Positions 51,695-61,653 of a stretch of 64,000 bases of DNA are shown piece after piece. A model generated the notes under the pieces. The model was not told the origin of the DNA. It was given only the letters and a program-made list of their open reading frames with translations, and searched no databases. Position numbers and translations under genes: made by a program. Where the stretch lies: positions 160,001 through 224,000 of the IMG/VR virus record IMGVR_UViG_3300021254_000021. One strand, 5' to 3'. Numbering within the stretch: the stretch's first letter is position 1; every line of letters begins with the position of its first letter. Origin of the DNA: a virus. Its lineage: Duplodnaviria; Caudoviricetes.

Positions 51695-52462
51695 ATGAAA
51701 GGGGCAATTATTGGTGACATTATCGGTTCTGTTTACGAGTTTGATAACACCTTTGACTACAACTTTCCTCTTTTAACAGAGTATTCCACCTTTACAGATG
51801 ATACCATTTGTACCGTTGCAATAGCAGATGCATTGTTAAATAAAAAGCCGTATGCACAGACCTTAAAGGAATGGTGCAGACAGTACCCGAATCCTAAAGG
51901 TGCTTATGGTACAATGTTTCAAGACTGGATTTGGTCTGATAACCCAAACTACCATACCAACAGTTTTGGCAACGGGGCTTTAATGAGAATATCCTCATTA
52001 GGATTAATCAATGTTTCCCCACAGCAGGCTTTCTTAAATACACAACAGGCCACCACCTGTTCTCATGATCACCCAATAGCTCTGTCTTATGCCATCACTT
52101 ATATAAGGATTCTACGTCGTCTCAGACTGTATAAAAATAAAAAGATTGCGGTAGAGACCATGATAGATTCTATTGGAAAGAGATGGGATAAGGAGATACC
52201 AACTAAAGGGACATTTACAGATACTTGTCAGAACACCCTTCCTCTGGCTGTCTCTTTATTCCTAGAATCACAGAACTTTGAAGATGCAATAAGACTGGCT
52301 GTTTCCTATGGTGGAGACTCTGATACATTGGCGGCGATTGTCGGCGGTATGGCAGAGGCATATTATGGTGTACCTGACAGTCTTTGGGATAAAGTAAAAG
52401 ACTTGTTACCTGAATCAATGCTTACAATCATTGATCAATTTTATAATACTTATTCCATTTAA
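51695..52462 (+). CDS. ADP-ribosylglycohydrolase (DraG/ARH family)
   Basis: GAIIGDIIGS, FTDDT, SFGNGALMR, GGDSDTLAAI. Confidence 0.92.
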   Translation: MKGAIIGDIIGSVYEFDNTFDYNFPLLTEYSTFTDDTICTVAIADALLNKKPYAQTLKEWCRQYPNPKGAYGTMFQDWIWSDNPNYHTNSFGNGALMRISSLGLINVSPQQAFLNTQQATTCSHDHPIALSYAITYIRILRRLRLYKNKKIAVETMIDSIGKRWDKEIPTKGTFTDTCQNTLPLAVSLFLESQNFEDAIRLAVSYGGDSDTLAAIVGGMAEAYYGVPDSLWDKVKDLLPESMLTIIDQFYNTYSI

Positions 52463-52479
52463 CCAAAAGGAGAAAAGAA

Positions 52480-52986
52480 ATGGATCAAACCAATTTTGTG
52501 GACTCAATTTTTAACAGTAATACTAACAATTACCCAGATACATCCATACCTTTAGGGGGAGAGGATGTAACACCAAAGAGGGTCTTCTTTCACCAATATA
52601 TTGCTTTCCAGATTTCTAAAAACCCTCATTTAATCTCTTTTGCCAAACAGAATCTTATTGCCACTCATCCAAGAGCTATCAGCAGAGTAGAGTTTGGAGA
52701 GGTTGGAGAATGGTTCATCACCTACTCTAAGGATGAAGAACCTGTGAGATATGAAACAATCTTAACCAGAGATTTAACCATTTCAGATGTGTCTTGGTCA
52801 TCTAAGTATGGTTGTTACTTCGATTACCTAAAGGGATGTCCCTTTGTGGTGGATGCCGATACAATCACCCTTCTTTACCTAGCTTCACTTGAAGGTGATA
52901 TGACACCTGAGACAATAGGTGAATGGATGCGTTCAGCTACTAAGGGGAGATACACAGGATTTAATCCTGTCCATCTTACACGTTAA
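52480..52986 (+). CDS. hypothetical protein
   Basis: ORF with AGGAG SD. Confidence 0.65.
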   Translation: MDQTNFVDSIFNSNTNNYPDTSIPLGGEDVTPKRVFFHQYIAFQISKNPHLISFAKQNLIATHPRAISRVEFGEVGEWFITYSKDEEPVRYETILTRDLTISDVSWSSKYGCYFDYLKGCPFVVDADTITLLYLASLEGDMTPETIGEWMRSATKGRYTGFNPVHLTR

Positions 52987-53112
52987 TTTAAAAACCACCT
53001 TAATTAAGGTGGTTTTTAGTGTACAATTCCTCTTGTTCTAAAGTATAATAAAGTTGTGGAATAATTTACGTATTCCATCATGTCCCAACTATGAAAAACT
53101 AAGGAGACTTTT

Positions 53113-53433
53113 ATGAATCAGTATCTTAGGATTGTCCATCGTGGCCGTGGTTTTAACATTCGTGTGGAGTTACCAGATCATACCACACAGCTTGTTCCTG
53201 TAGCTGAGTTAGAGCAATGGGAATGTATCGGACAGGATAAAGAGGCAGTCAAAGAAATTAAAGTAAAAGAACCAAAAGAGAAGGTTGTAAAAGAGGTAAA
53301 AGCTAAAGCAGATTATAAAGCGGGTACATTCCACAAGAATACGAATGGTCTTGGTATGGATCATCCTTATGAGAGTATTAGTATGGTTGTAGAGTCTGTG
53401 GAATACTGCGAGGGGATAGAAGCTCCATTTTAA
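53113..53433 (+). CDS. small protein with one HRGRG domain
   Basis: YLRIVHRGRGFNIRVELPD matches the amidoligase N-terminal repeats. Confidence 0.75.
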   Translation: MNQYLRIVHRGRGFNIRVELPDHTTQLVPVAELEQWECIGQDKEAVKEIKVKEPKEKVVKEVKAKADYKAGTFHKNTNGLGMDHPYESISMVVESVEYCEGIEAPF

Positions 53434-53484
53434 ACTTATGGTGGGTATTCCCACCATTCTTAGCTAAACAAGGAAGGGAAGGTT

Positions 53485-54069
53485 ATGGCTACTGTACGAG
53501 TTAATTTAATGTCTCTGGATTATCCTGATGTTGCACAAAACAGTATTCTTGTTTTACAGTCTTTACGTGCGGCAGGGTATAAACTCATTATGCGTAATGT
53601 CTATTATAAGAATAAGGAAAGGGTAATAGACTATTTTGAGGATCGTAATTTAAAAATCTCTTTTATTCATGTGAGAAATCCAGAGATAGACATTGTTGCG
53701 GGCAGAGCAGTTATAAATGGAGATGTTATAAGAGGAGACAATAACTCGTTATGGGAGAGAATAGATCAGTATTGTTTGGAACACCATATTTATGAGCGTG
53801 AACAAACACCAGATGTCTTTATTCCCTCTTATAAGGAAGGATTCTTTGTTGTGACGGATTATGGATTAAGTACACAGGCCATAGATTCCAAACCCATCTC
53901 ATTGAAGGCGTGCCACACAAAAGGTGCAAAGATGTTTAAAGCCAACCCTTCTATCAATACGATTGATTTGGTTAATTCCACGACACTAGAAGTTGTGGAA
54001 CACTTTGACAAAAAGCAGAAATGCTTTGTAGCGGCTACGGAAAAAGTCTATTTTAGTATAATGGTATGA
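53485..54069 (+). CDS. hypothetical protein
   Basis: ORF with SD. Confidence 0.6.
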   Translation: MATVRVNLMSLDYPDVAQNSILVLQSLRAAGYKLIMRNVYYKNKERVIDYFEDRNLKISFIHVRNPEIDIVAGRAVINGDVIRGDNNSLWERIDQYCLEHHIYEREQTPDVFIPSYKEGFFVVTDYGLSTQAIDSKPISLKACHTKGAKMFKANPSINTIDLVNSTTLEVVEHFDKKQKCFVAATEKVYFSIMV

Positions 54070-54662
54070 CGAAAACTAAAGCTCTTTCCAAAGCCCCTTT
54101 TATGGGGCTTTTACTTTTTATTCTCATTCTTATTTTAACTCCATCCTTTGCTCATGCTCAAAGCTCTTTTTACACCTATATGGAACGATGTGAAGAATTA
54201 CGCCCAGAGATAGAGCAAATATTAAAAGAGGAGGGTTTACCCGACTACTTCTTTTATTTGGCACTGGCTGAATCGGGCTGTGACCCAAATAATAAATCTA
54301 ACAAGAATGCACTAGGTTTATTCCAACTTGTACCATACACATTTAAGGTTTACTCAAAAGGCGTTTGTACTTCTGACTCTTTTGAGGCGTGCCCAACATC
54401 CTCTGCATACGATCCTTTAATCTCTACAAGAGTTGCGGCCAAGTATCTTAAATCTCTGTATGATAGGTTTGACAAATCCTTAGACTGGACAGTTGCGGCC
54501 TTTAATGCGGGAGGTACTAACTTAATGAGAAAGACCTCATACTATAAAGGTATGGACATTAAGGTTGTTAAAAAGTATTTCCCACAGGCTTATGATTTAG
54601 TGATGAAGGTTCGCCGCTTTTCTGCTTTAGGAGAGGCATTAGAGGAAAAAGAAGAATCATAA
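54066..54662 (+). CDS. SLT-domain lytic transglycosylase with signal peptide (candidate endolysin)
   Basis: hydrophobic leader ending AHA-Q; LAES catalytic Glu; ALGLFQL; AAFNAG. Confidence 0.88.
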   Translation: MTKTKALSKAPFMGLLLFILILILTPSFAHAQSSFYTYMERCEELRPEIEQILKEEGLPDYFFYLALAESGCDPNNKSNKNALGLFQLVPYTFKVYSKGVCTSDSFEACPTSSAYDPLISTRVAAKYLKSLYDRFDKSLDWTVAAFNAGGTNLMRKTSYYKGMDIKVVKKYFPQAYDLVMKVRRFSALGEALEEKEES

Positions 54663-54790
54663 ATATTTTCCTTGCAATTCTATATCACTTGTGCGTATAT
54701 ATACATGTCTGCGGACAAAAAAGATTGGCCAATCTTTTTCTTTTACACTTAAACTTACACTTAAACTTAGACTTAGAAAGGAACTTAAAC

Positions 54791-55522
54791 ATGGACGAGA
54801 AAAACTCTTTAGCACCTGTATCTTCTACCTCATCTGCTGTTACCGTAGCGAGCCAAGCCACTTTTAGCTTGTCCTCTTTGAACTTAGCGGAAAATAACCC
54901 CTACATTATCGTTGCTAAGACAGGAACTACAGTAACACCCTACCCATTTGAAAGACTTAAGTTTGAACAGGGTAGGCAGTCAAGATTTGCTATTCTTACA
55001 TCTGAGGTTGTGATAGTGAAGCGGCATTATCACCCAGATTTAGGATATGTAATCTCTGATGGTGTGAATGATAAGTATTTCGATAAACCACCTTCGGTTT
55101 GTTATTTATACCCAGTCGTTCATTATACGGATTGTAGTGATAAGGGTAAACCTTTATCCGATGCAATTCAGGTAAAGATGCTTATTGCTAATAAAGAAAT
55201 GTACACGTCTATCTGTTCTGTGAATGACGTAAAAGGCGACATAACACAATTCGATTTTCTTGGTACACAACTCCCGGGTAATGATCGTTTCCCCAAAACC
55301 CAGTTAATTGAATGTGGTATGGCCTTATGGAGAAACAGTGATAAAGCGGCGGAATATATAGATTCCTATATGAAGCAGAATGGAGATCGTTTCCTAGCTT
55401 CTGTTGGTAAAACCTATCCTATTGAGAAACTGGAAGAACTGTTAGGTGGCGGAAGTGATCCTTCCTCATCTATAAAGGAAACAGTGGATCAGGATTTAGA
55501 GGATATATTCAAGCCCGTCTAA
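54791..55522 (+). CDS. putative phage-type ssDNA-binding protein
   Basis: size, aromatic-rich beta pattern, acidic tail DQDLEDIF, next to a resolvase; weak. Confidence 0.4.
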   Translation: MDEKNSLAPVSSTSSAVTVASQATFSLSSLNLAENNPYIIVAKTGTTVTPYPFERLKFEQGRQSRFAILTSEVVIVKRHYHPDLGYVISDGVNDKYFDKPPSVCYLYPVVHYTDCSDKGKPLSDAIQVKMLIANKEMYTSICSVNDVKGDITQFDFLGTQLPGNDRFPKTQLIECGMALWRNSDKAAEYIDSYMKQNGDRFLASVGKTYPIEKLEELLGGGSDPSSSIKETVDQDLEDIFKPV

Positions 55523-55583
55523 AATAATCAGTCTGCTCCGTATATAACCCCAATGAATCTAATTCATTGGGGTTTTCTTTTAT

Positions 55584-56129
55584 ATGGAGTTACGAATGAC
55601 TGAGTTAAGTAAAACAGTAGTAGGAATAGATCCTTCGTTTACTCGTACAGGAATAGCTATTTTAACTACTGATAAAAAGATTGTCTTTCATACGCTGTCA
55701 GAGCAAATAGGTAAAAAGGACTTTAGTCATACCTATAATTCTGCTTACTCTTTAGCCATCCAGTTAAGGGATTATTTAGAACCTTTTAAACCCTTTGATG
55801 TAGTGATGGAATATGCTCCACCTATATCGTCGATGTCACCTGCCTTGTATTGTTTAGACTCCCTATATCACTTTGTTCTACACCCATATATAGCACAGCT
55901 ATATCATCCGATGACATTGGCTACTATAATAGGAAAAGGGAAGGCGAGAACGAAAGCGGACTCTGTTTTGAAAGGGTTATCTATTATAAAGGAACTTCAA
56001 AAAGATGGTTGGGAAATGACCCAGAAAAGAAAACCCTGCCATGATTGTTTTGAAGCTCTTATATACGTAGATTACTTTATTCATAATGGAGTGAAGCCAT
56101 GTCAGAAGAAAAAAGTTGGGAACAAATAA
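55584..56129 (+). CDS. RuvC-like Holliday junction resolvase
   Basis: VGIDPSFTRTGIA, VVMEY, HDCFEA. Confidence 0.8.
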   Translation: MELRMTELSKTVVGIDPSFTRTGIAILTTDKKIVFHTLSEQIGKKDFSHTYNSAYSLAIQLRDYLEPFKPFDVVMEYAPPISSMSPALYCLDSLYHFVLHPYIAQLYHPMTLATIIGKGKARTKADSVLKGLSIIKELQKDGWEMTQKRKPCHDCFEALIYVDYFIHNGVKPCQKKKVGNK

Positions 56130-56428
56130 AGGAAGTTGTTAAAGACTGGAATGCGGATAAAAAAGAGGAAGTCTCTAAGGATGAGGAAGTAAAAGAGGAA
56201 GTAAAAGAGGAAGTAAAAGAGGAAGTTAAGGATGATGTAAGGAAAGATAAAGAAGAAGTAAAGAGTGAGGAGACAGAGGATAAAGAGAGTGATCCCATTA
56301 AAGATTTACTTTCTCTAAAGATTAAAGACCGCCCAATTCTCCATTGGATTCCAGTCTTTAATATGGTCTTACTCTTATTCATCATTCTTCTTTTACTTGT
56401 TATTTTAGGCTATCTACCCCGCATATAG
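56099..56428 (+). CDS. membrane protein with EEVK repeats and C-terminal TM helix (holin candidate)
   Basis: single C-terminal hydrophobic helix; directly upstream of spanins. Confidence 0.45.
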   Translation: MSEEKSWEQIKEVVKDWNADKKEEVSKDEEVKEEVKEEVKEEVKDDVRKDKEEVKSEETEDKESDPIKDLLSLKIKDRPILHWIPVFNMVLLLFIILLLLVILGYLPRI

Positions 56429-56438
56429 GAGGTAGAAC

Positions 56439-56834
56439 ATGACTGCAATACTTTCTAAGTTACTTTCCTCTAAAGCCCTTTCTATTACAGCTTTAATTCT
56501 TATTATTATCCTTCTTGTTACCATCGGTGTTATTCAAGTACAGAAAAAGGGATTGAACCAAAAAATAGATGATTTGAATAAAACTATTGACAATAAAGAG
56601 GAGACCATAATAGAATTGAATCAACAAATAAAGGTAAAGGATTTTGAAATCCAATATCTTCAAAAAGGTATAAGTATTGCCAATAGTTACGAGAAGGAAA
56701 AAGAAAAGGTTTTAGAGGATGAAACAACAACTAAGGTGCAAATACTTGAAAAAGTTATGTCCACAGAGGAAAACAAGGATTGGTGGAATACCCCTATACC
56801 TGCTGATATTCTTGACCTCATTACTTGCCGCTAG
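56439..56834 (+). CDS. i-spanin (Rz-like)
   Basis: N-terminal TM, coiled coil, C-terminal WWNTPIPADI. Confidence 0.75.
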   Translation: MTAILSKLLSSKALSITALILIIILLVTIGVIQVQKKGLNQKIDDLNKTIDNKEETIIELNQQIKVKDFEIQYLQKGISIANSYEKEKEKVLEDETTTKVQILEKVMSTEENKDWWNTPIPADILDLITCR

Positions 56835-57051
56835 TTGCTGTAAGCCAACTGTAAAAACCGTAACGGAATACAAAGTTATAAAACCACCTGAAACACTACT
56901 GGTACCATGTCCAGACGTGCCATTGGAAATGAAAACCAATGGCGACATGGTAATGGCATTGATTGAGCTGAACACCCAATACTTCTTATGTTCTATGAAG
57001 GTTCAGTCAATCATATTGTTTTACAGTGAACAGGATGTAACCACAGAATAA
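56719..57051 (+). CDS. o-spanin (Rz1-like lipoprotein) overlapping the i-spanin
   Basis: lipobox-like LLAASC; PPETLLVPCP; start uncertain. Confidence 0.75.
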   Translation: MKQQLRCKYLKKLCPQRKTRIGGIPLYLLIFLTSLLAASCCKPTVKTVTEYKVIKPPETLLVPCPDVPLEMKTNGDMVMALIELNTQYFLCSMKVQSIILFYSEQDVTTE

Positions 57052-57141
57052 ATAAAGGTGAGGTGGGATTAAGCTCCGATCTCACTTTCACTATTTATAT
57101 ATAACCAAGGTAGGGAGCAGTATTTTTGTAGGGGTAGAACA

Positions 57142-57750
57142 ATGTTAGACGTAATGCAGGAAGCAGACTTAATTCGTCGTGTTGCTAGAAAAGTATATTG
57201 GAACTCTAGGTATGCACGGTTGCGTACCCAGATTGATGAGGAAGATTTAATACAAATGGTTTTCCTCAAACTCTTACACCGTGACAATTATAAAAAGTAT
57301 TCAGACAAATATCCTAAAGTTGGTTTTATTTATCGTGTAGCAAACGGTTGTGCTATATCTTTTGCAAATAAATGTTCTAATATTCGTGAGTGGACTGTTT
57401 TGGATCAGCCTAGAGATAGTGATGATGATTCCAGAACAATCTTAGAGATATTATCCACAGAGACAGATGTACAACATCTCGACTTGGATATGCAGTATCG
57501 TATAAACAGGTTATCCGCGAGCATGGACCCCGAGGTTAATCAGCAGATTGTTATACGTCATAATGATGTAGACACTCCATTTTCCATAGAAGCTCTTTTC
57601 GATTTCTTTATTAAAACACACTATTCGAGAAAAGAGATTATGCCGTGTATAATAAACTTAAAGACGAATGCACCAGTTACACAATCCACCTTTGATAAGT
57701 GGTGGAAAATATTAGAGAATACAGCCAAGCAGGAATTAAGCAGAATGTAA
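57142..57750 (+). CDS. sigma-70/ECF-like factor (region 2 recognisable)
   Basis: LIRRVARK...DEEDLIQMVFLKL...GFIYRVAN. Confidence 0.65.
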   Translation: MLDVMQEADLIRRVARKVYWNSRYARLRTQIDEEDLIQMVFLKLLHRDNYKKYSDKYPKVGFIYRVANGCAISFANKCSNIREWTVLDQPRDSDDDSRTILEILSTETDVQHLDLDMQYRINRLSASMDPEVNQQIVIRHNDVDTPFSIEALFDFFIKTHYSRKEIMPCIINLKTNAPVTQSTFDKWWKILENTAKQELSRM

Positions 57751-57799
57751 ACAGACTAATCCCCTTATATTAGGGGATTACTTTTCTTAGGAGTATCTT

Positions 57800-58591
57800 A
57801 TGATTAAAGAATCTATTATCCTTCCTTCACAGGGTTATCCTTACAATGGGAGACTGAATGGGACATCGGTAACAGTCAGACCATTAACCACAAGAGTTTA
57901 CAAAGACTTCTTAGTTAATCCTAATGAGGAAGGTGTTATACATCTTGTAGATTCCTGTCTTGTGGATTGTCCTATATCAGCAGAGGAATTAGTCTATCAG
58001 GATGAACTAGCCGTGTACCTTAAAATAAGGTCTATCTCTATGGGTAGTATGCTTCCTATATTCTCTGTATGTCCTAAGTGTAAAGAAAAGAATACAGATG
58101 ATTGGGACATAATGAAACTGGAATGTTCCTACCTGTCTTTGGATGAATATCCTCTTACAGTAACTTTGCCTGATGCTAAGAAAAAGATTAGGCTGAGTAT
58201 GCCTACAAGTAAATCAGAAAAATTGGCTAAAGAGGAAGCACAAAAGCGAGCTACACGTTTTGAAAAGAAAGCGACTGAGTTTCTACCATCTTTTAAAATA
58301 GCTACCATTATGTCAGTAGATGGTATGAATGATTTAGTAGAGCGTGCAGAATGGTACAATTCTTTGTCATTAAAAGATGCCATCTATATTGACAAAGTAT
58401 TGGATGCTATGCAGGACTTTGGTATCCATACCGACCGACTTACTACCTGTTCCTCTTGTGGGCATGAATACTCTGTACCGCTTCAAATAAACTCCGACTT
58501 TTTTCGCCCAGATGTGGGGAATATCACAGGAATTAAAACAGCGAAGGGAACTTTGGAAGAAGGTCCTTCAGACACAACTGAGACTAAGTAA
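57800..58591 (+). CDS. T4 gp26-like baseplate hub/tail assembly chaperone
   Basis: LPSQGYPY, VRPLT, IRSISMG, CPKC, CSSC, DFF near the C-terminus. Confidence 0.7.
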   Translation: MIKESIILPSQGYPYNGRLNGTSVTVRPLTTRVYKDFLVNPNEEGVIHLVDSCLVDCPISAEELVYQDELAVYLKIRSISMGSMLPIFSVCPKCKEKNTDDWDIMKLECSYLSLDEYPLTVTLPDAKKKIRLSMPTSKSEKLAKEEAQKRATRFEKKATEFLPSFKIATIMSVDGMNDLVERAEWYNSLSLKDAIYIDKVLDAMQDFGIHTDRLTTCSSCGHEYSVPLQINSDFFRPDVGNITGIKTAKGTLEEGPSDTTETK

Positions 58592-58760
58592 AATAGCACA
58601 TATATCTATTACAGAGACAGATGCTATGGATTTATTAGAGGAACGTGAACTCGTTTTACTCTTAGTAAAAGACTTAAATAATGAAAATGATAATGTGAAT
58701 TTAGACACATTGGAGATGCAGGATGAACATAAAAAAGAAGATACAGGAGTTCATGGATAG
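58512..58760 (+). CDS. small overlapping partner (gp51-like/chaperone C-terminal part)
   Basis: HISITETDAMDLLEERELVLLL; overlaps in the +1 frame with no SD. Confidence 0.5.
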   Translation: MWGISQELKQRRELWKKVLQTQLRLSKIAHISITETDAMDLLEERELVLLLVKDLNNENDNVNLDTLEMQDEHKKEDTGVHG

Positions 58761-59358
58761 CACACAGCCTTTATCCCAGTTAGAGGAAATCATAAAGGCG
58801 GGTGATTTTCCTAAGATGAAGTTCTCTGATTTAGAGACATTCTGTAATACCCTTTTTTCTACGAACAAATACCAGTTATTGAAGTTACTAAACTCTTATT
58901 ATTCAAAACTGGTAGGTTCGACATCCATGCAGTTTTTTCATTTAAAGGTTCTTACTAATAACCCTTCTGGATCATGTCGAGACATGATCCAGAATTACAA
59001 GTGTATCTTTAGTTATAATAGGTATATTGATTGTTCTGGTTTATTGTCAGAATGGTCGCCAACAGAATCCTATTTTCCTCTATTGGTTTATATCCATCAG
59101 TCAAACCCAGATATACCAATAGATTACACTTACTGGCTAAAGAGGTTTTCTGAGTTACCTACAGCTTTAAAGTTCCTAAAGGATAATTCAATACCCATAG
59201 AGTTTACTGAGAAGGATGATTTAAAGGAGCTGTATAAAACAATTCCAGAGCAGTACATAAAAGACTTTTTAGACCTATTAGGTACAAAGTCATGGTACAT
59301 AGATGTAATTAAAGACACAGACCATTTCTTAGAAGAAATAGAGGAATGGGAAAGTTAG
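58723..59358 (+). CDS. hypothetical protein
   Basis: 211-aa ORF. Confidence 0.6.
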   Translation: MNIKKKIQEFMDSTQPLSQLEEIIKAGDFPKMKFSDLETFCNTLFSTNKYQLLKLLNSYYSKLVGSTSMQFFHLKVLTNNPSGSCRDMIQNYKCIFSYNRYIDCSGLLSEWSPTESYFPLLVYIHQSNPDIPIDYTYWLKRFSELPTALKFLKDNSIPIEFTEKDDLKELYKTIPEQYIKDFLDLLGTKSWYIDVIKDTDHFLEEIEEWES

Positions 59359-59414
59359 AGCCCCGCCCTATTGGGGCTTTTCTTTTATTTAGAATTAAGT
59401 CAAGGAGACTGATA

Positions 59415-59945
59415 ATGATTTGGAGAGAATCAGTACAGGTTGGTTTAGTGTTTGGTACATTGTTAATGCGGGCAAACAATGATAAGGTTTATCCTAAATC
59501 TATCTCAAACACCCTTTTAAAAAACCGTCTTTATTTACTTTCTATCGGGGATGAGGAAGATGAAGAAACGTTTTGGATTAAAGGTAGGGAATTGGCAACT
59601 CTGTATGCAGACCAAAAAGGTTTTAGAGTTTTGGCTGATTCACCTTTAGGTAGTTTAATCTCGAATGTGATTAAAGAGGAAGATGCAGAAGCGCTAAACA
59701 AATACAGCTCGGATCCTTATCGTAATGTGGATGATCTTTCCTTCCATCACCCTAAGATGTCAGACAGACTGTTTTTAAACACCTTAAAAGAAACGGTGTT
59801 TCCGACAATGGATGCATTATTTGATTTTGTTAAGCCTTTATGTAAAGCAATAACCATGTATCGTATTCACACTTCCCCGATCCCATACTACCTAGAGGAA
59901 GTAAAAAGTTATTGCACGTCTAGTACCAATAATGTATCGTTTTAG
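59415..59945 (+). CDS. hypothetical protein; paralogue of 46144
   Basis: ATG 59415 after AGGAG; shared GDEEDEETF block. Confidence 0.75.
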   Translation: MIWRESVQVGLVFGTLLMRANNDKVYPKSISNTLLKNRLYLLSIGDEEDEETFWIKGRELATLYADQKGFRVLADSPLGSLISNVIKEEDAEALNKYSSDPYRNVDDLSFHHPKMSDRLFLNTLKETVFPTMDALFDFVKPLCKAITMYRIHTSPIPYYLEEVKSYCTSSTNNVSF

Positions 59946-60023
59946 GGGATTGAATTAATCCTTCAATCCCCCTGAGATCAATTTTACAGAAATTTTTAAC
60001 CAACTTTTAAAAAGGAGTTGACC

Positions 60024-60848
60024 ATGTGCGGACTTACAGGAATCATTTTTGGTAAACATTCACGTTCATTTGATGACTATGAGGAATTGAAGGAAATCTT
60101 TACTTCAATGTTTATCCTCTCTGAGCAAAGAGGCCGTCATGCCTCTGGTTTGGCTACACTGGATACCACAGGTAAAACACACCTTTACAAACTTCCTGTC
60201 CCACCAACTAGAATGGTTAATTTAGCAGGGTTTAATAAAATCCTTAATACGGTAAACAATAAAACAACTCTCTTAATTGGCCATTCCAGATGGAAAACGG
60301 TTGGGTCTGAGTATAACAATAATAACAATCAGCCAATTATTTCTGGATCAATCTTGGGTACACACAATGGGACAATCTCTAATGCCACAGCTCTTTTTGC
60401 TCGTTATCAGCTAAAGAGATTGGCCGAGGTTGACTCCGAAGTTCTTTTCCGTATGGCAGATGCTTCTTTACAGGAAGGAACATTAAACACTGTGACCTAC
60501 AAGAATTACTTGGCAGAGTGTCAAGGTGATCTTTCATGTGTCTTTGCCTCTAAGGCAGACCCAAAGTGTGTGTACTTATTTAAAGGATCTAAACCACTAT
60601 TCCTCTATTACAATCCTCGTTTGCAGGTAATTATTTATTCATCTAATGATGCTTACATTGATGCTTCAATCGTGGATTCAGATGGTTGGTTTCCTTTAAA
60701 GATGCCCGAAAACAGAATGTATCAGACTTGCTTTGACGACTTTAAAAATGTTGTCTCTGACTCATTTACCTTTATGCGTAATCAGCCTATAAGCAATTAC
60801 GTCAAAAAGAAAAGTAAACCACAGCGTTCCCTCTTTGTTGAATATTAG
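60024..60848 (+). CDS. class II (Ntn) glutamine amidotransferase
   Basis: N-terminal MCGL, RGRHASG, GHSRWKT, NNQP, HNGTI, VDSE. Confidence 0.9.
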   Translation: MCGLTGIIFGKHSRSFDDYEELKEIFTSMFILSEQRGRHASGLATLDTTGKTHLYKLPVPPTRMVNLAGFNKILNTVNNKTTLLIGHSRWKTVGSEYNNNNNQPIISGSILGTHNGTISNATALFARYQLKRLAEVDSEVLFRMADASLQEGTLNTVTYKNYLAECQGDLSCVFASKADPKCVYLFKGSKPLFLYYNPRLQVIIYSSNDAYIDASIVDSDGWFPLKMPENRMYQTCFDDFKNVVSDSFTFMRNQPISNYVKKKSKPQRSLFVEY

Positions 60849-60917
60849 GGGATAGAGAATTTAACTTAATTCCCCTCGAACCAATTTTACAAAAATCTTT
60901 CACAAAAGGAGTTGAAG

Positions 60918-61499
60918 ATGAGGACATTAAACGTGTTTGTTTATGGTACATTGATGAGCGGTTTTAGAGCTAACTCTTTTATCCCAGAAGGATCAAAGAT
61001 GCTTAAAGGAAGGATAGCAGGTAATCTTTACCACTATGCGGCAGGATTCCCCATTGTTGAAATTCTTAAACATTCCCAGTCCGTCAGAGGCACACGAAAT
61101 TACTCACTTGACATTGATGTGCAGGACAGCTTAAATCGTAATGAACCTGAATGCTTGCCGTTTGATTTAAACTATGGCCGTGTGCATGGTGAACTTTATA
61201 TGATTCCTTGTGAAGATGAGGAAACAGTATTGGACACTTTAGATAGCTATGAGGGATTTACCCCAGAGTCCGACTATAATCTTTATAACCGTACTTTAGT
61301 CCCAGTAGAGACAGAGGAAGGAATTATTTGGGCTTGGATTTACAATATGGAAACAATCCCAAATGCCACCGTTCAAATTCTCTCTGGTAATTGGCGTGAC
61401 TGCTTCTACTCTAATCGTGGTGGTTTACGTCCAGAGGTAAACAGAGCTATCCAAAAGAAAACCTTGTTTACAGAGGATAGTGATGAATATGACTTTTAA
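60918..61499 (+). CDS. gamma-glutamylcyclotransferase (AIG2-like)
   Basis: VFVYGTLM, VHGELY, LDSYEG, LYNR, AWIY. Confidence 0.9.
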   Translation: MRTLNVFVYGTLMSGFRANSFIPEGSKMLKGRIAGNLYHYAAGFPIVEILKHSQSVRGTRNYSLDIDVQDSLNRNEPECLPFDLNYGRVHGELYMIPCEDEETVLDTLDSYEGFTPESDYNLYNRTLVPVETEEGIIWAWIYNMETIPNATVQILSGNWRDCFYSNRGGLRPEVNRAIQKKTLFTEDSDEYDF

Positions 61500-61653
61500 G
61501 TGTGTCACCTAAATGAAAAGATCAAAAAGTTAAATTAAGGTATAGAGGCTCTGCTAAGATTTAGCAGAGCCTCTTCTTTTAAGGGGATGAAAAAGTTAAA
61601 TTAAATCCCCTCGAACCAACTTTACAAAAATCTTTGACCAAAAGGAGTTAGCT

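Noticed and set aside
54689-54790. ACTTAA/ACTTAC hexamer run and LHLNLHLNL ORF extension
   Set aside because: Short simple repeat in a 5' UTR; the likely start is ATG 54791 after AAGGA
56160-56230. 12-bp tandem repeat AAAGAGGAAGTA
   Set aside because: Explained by coding EEVK low-complexity repeats
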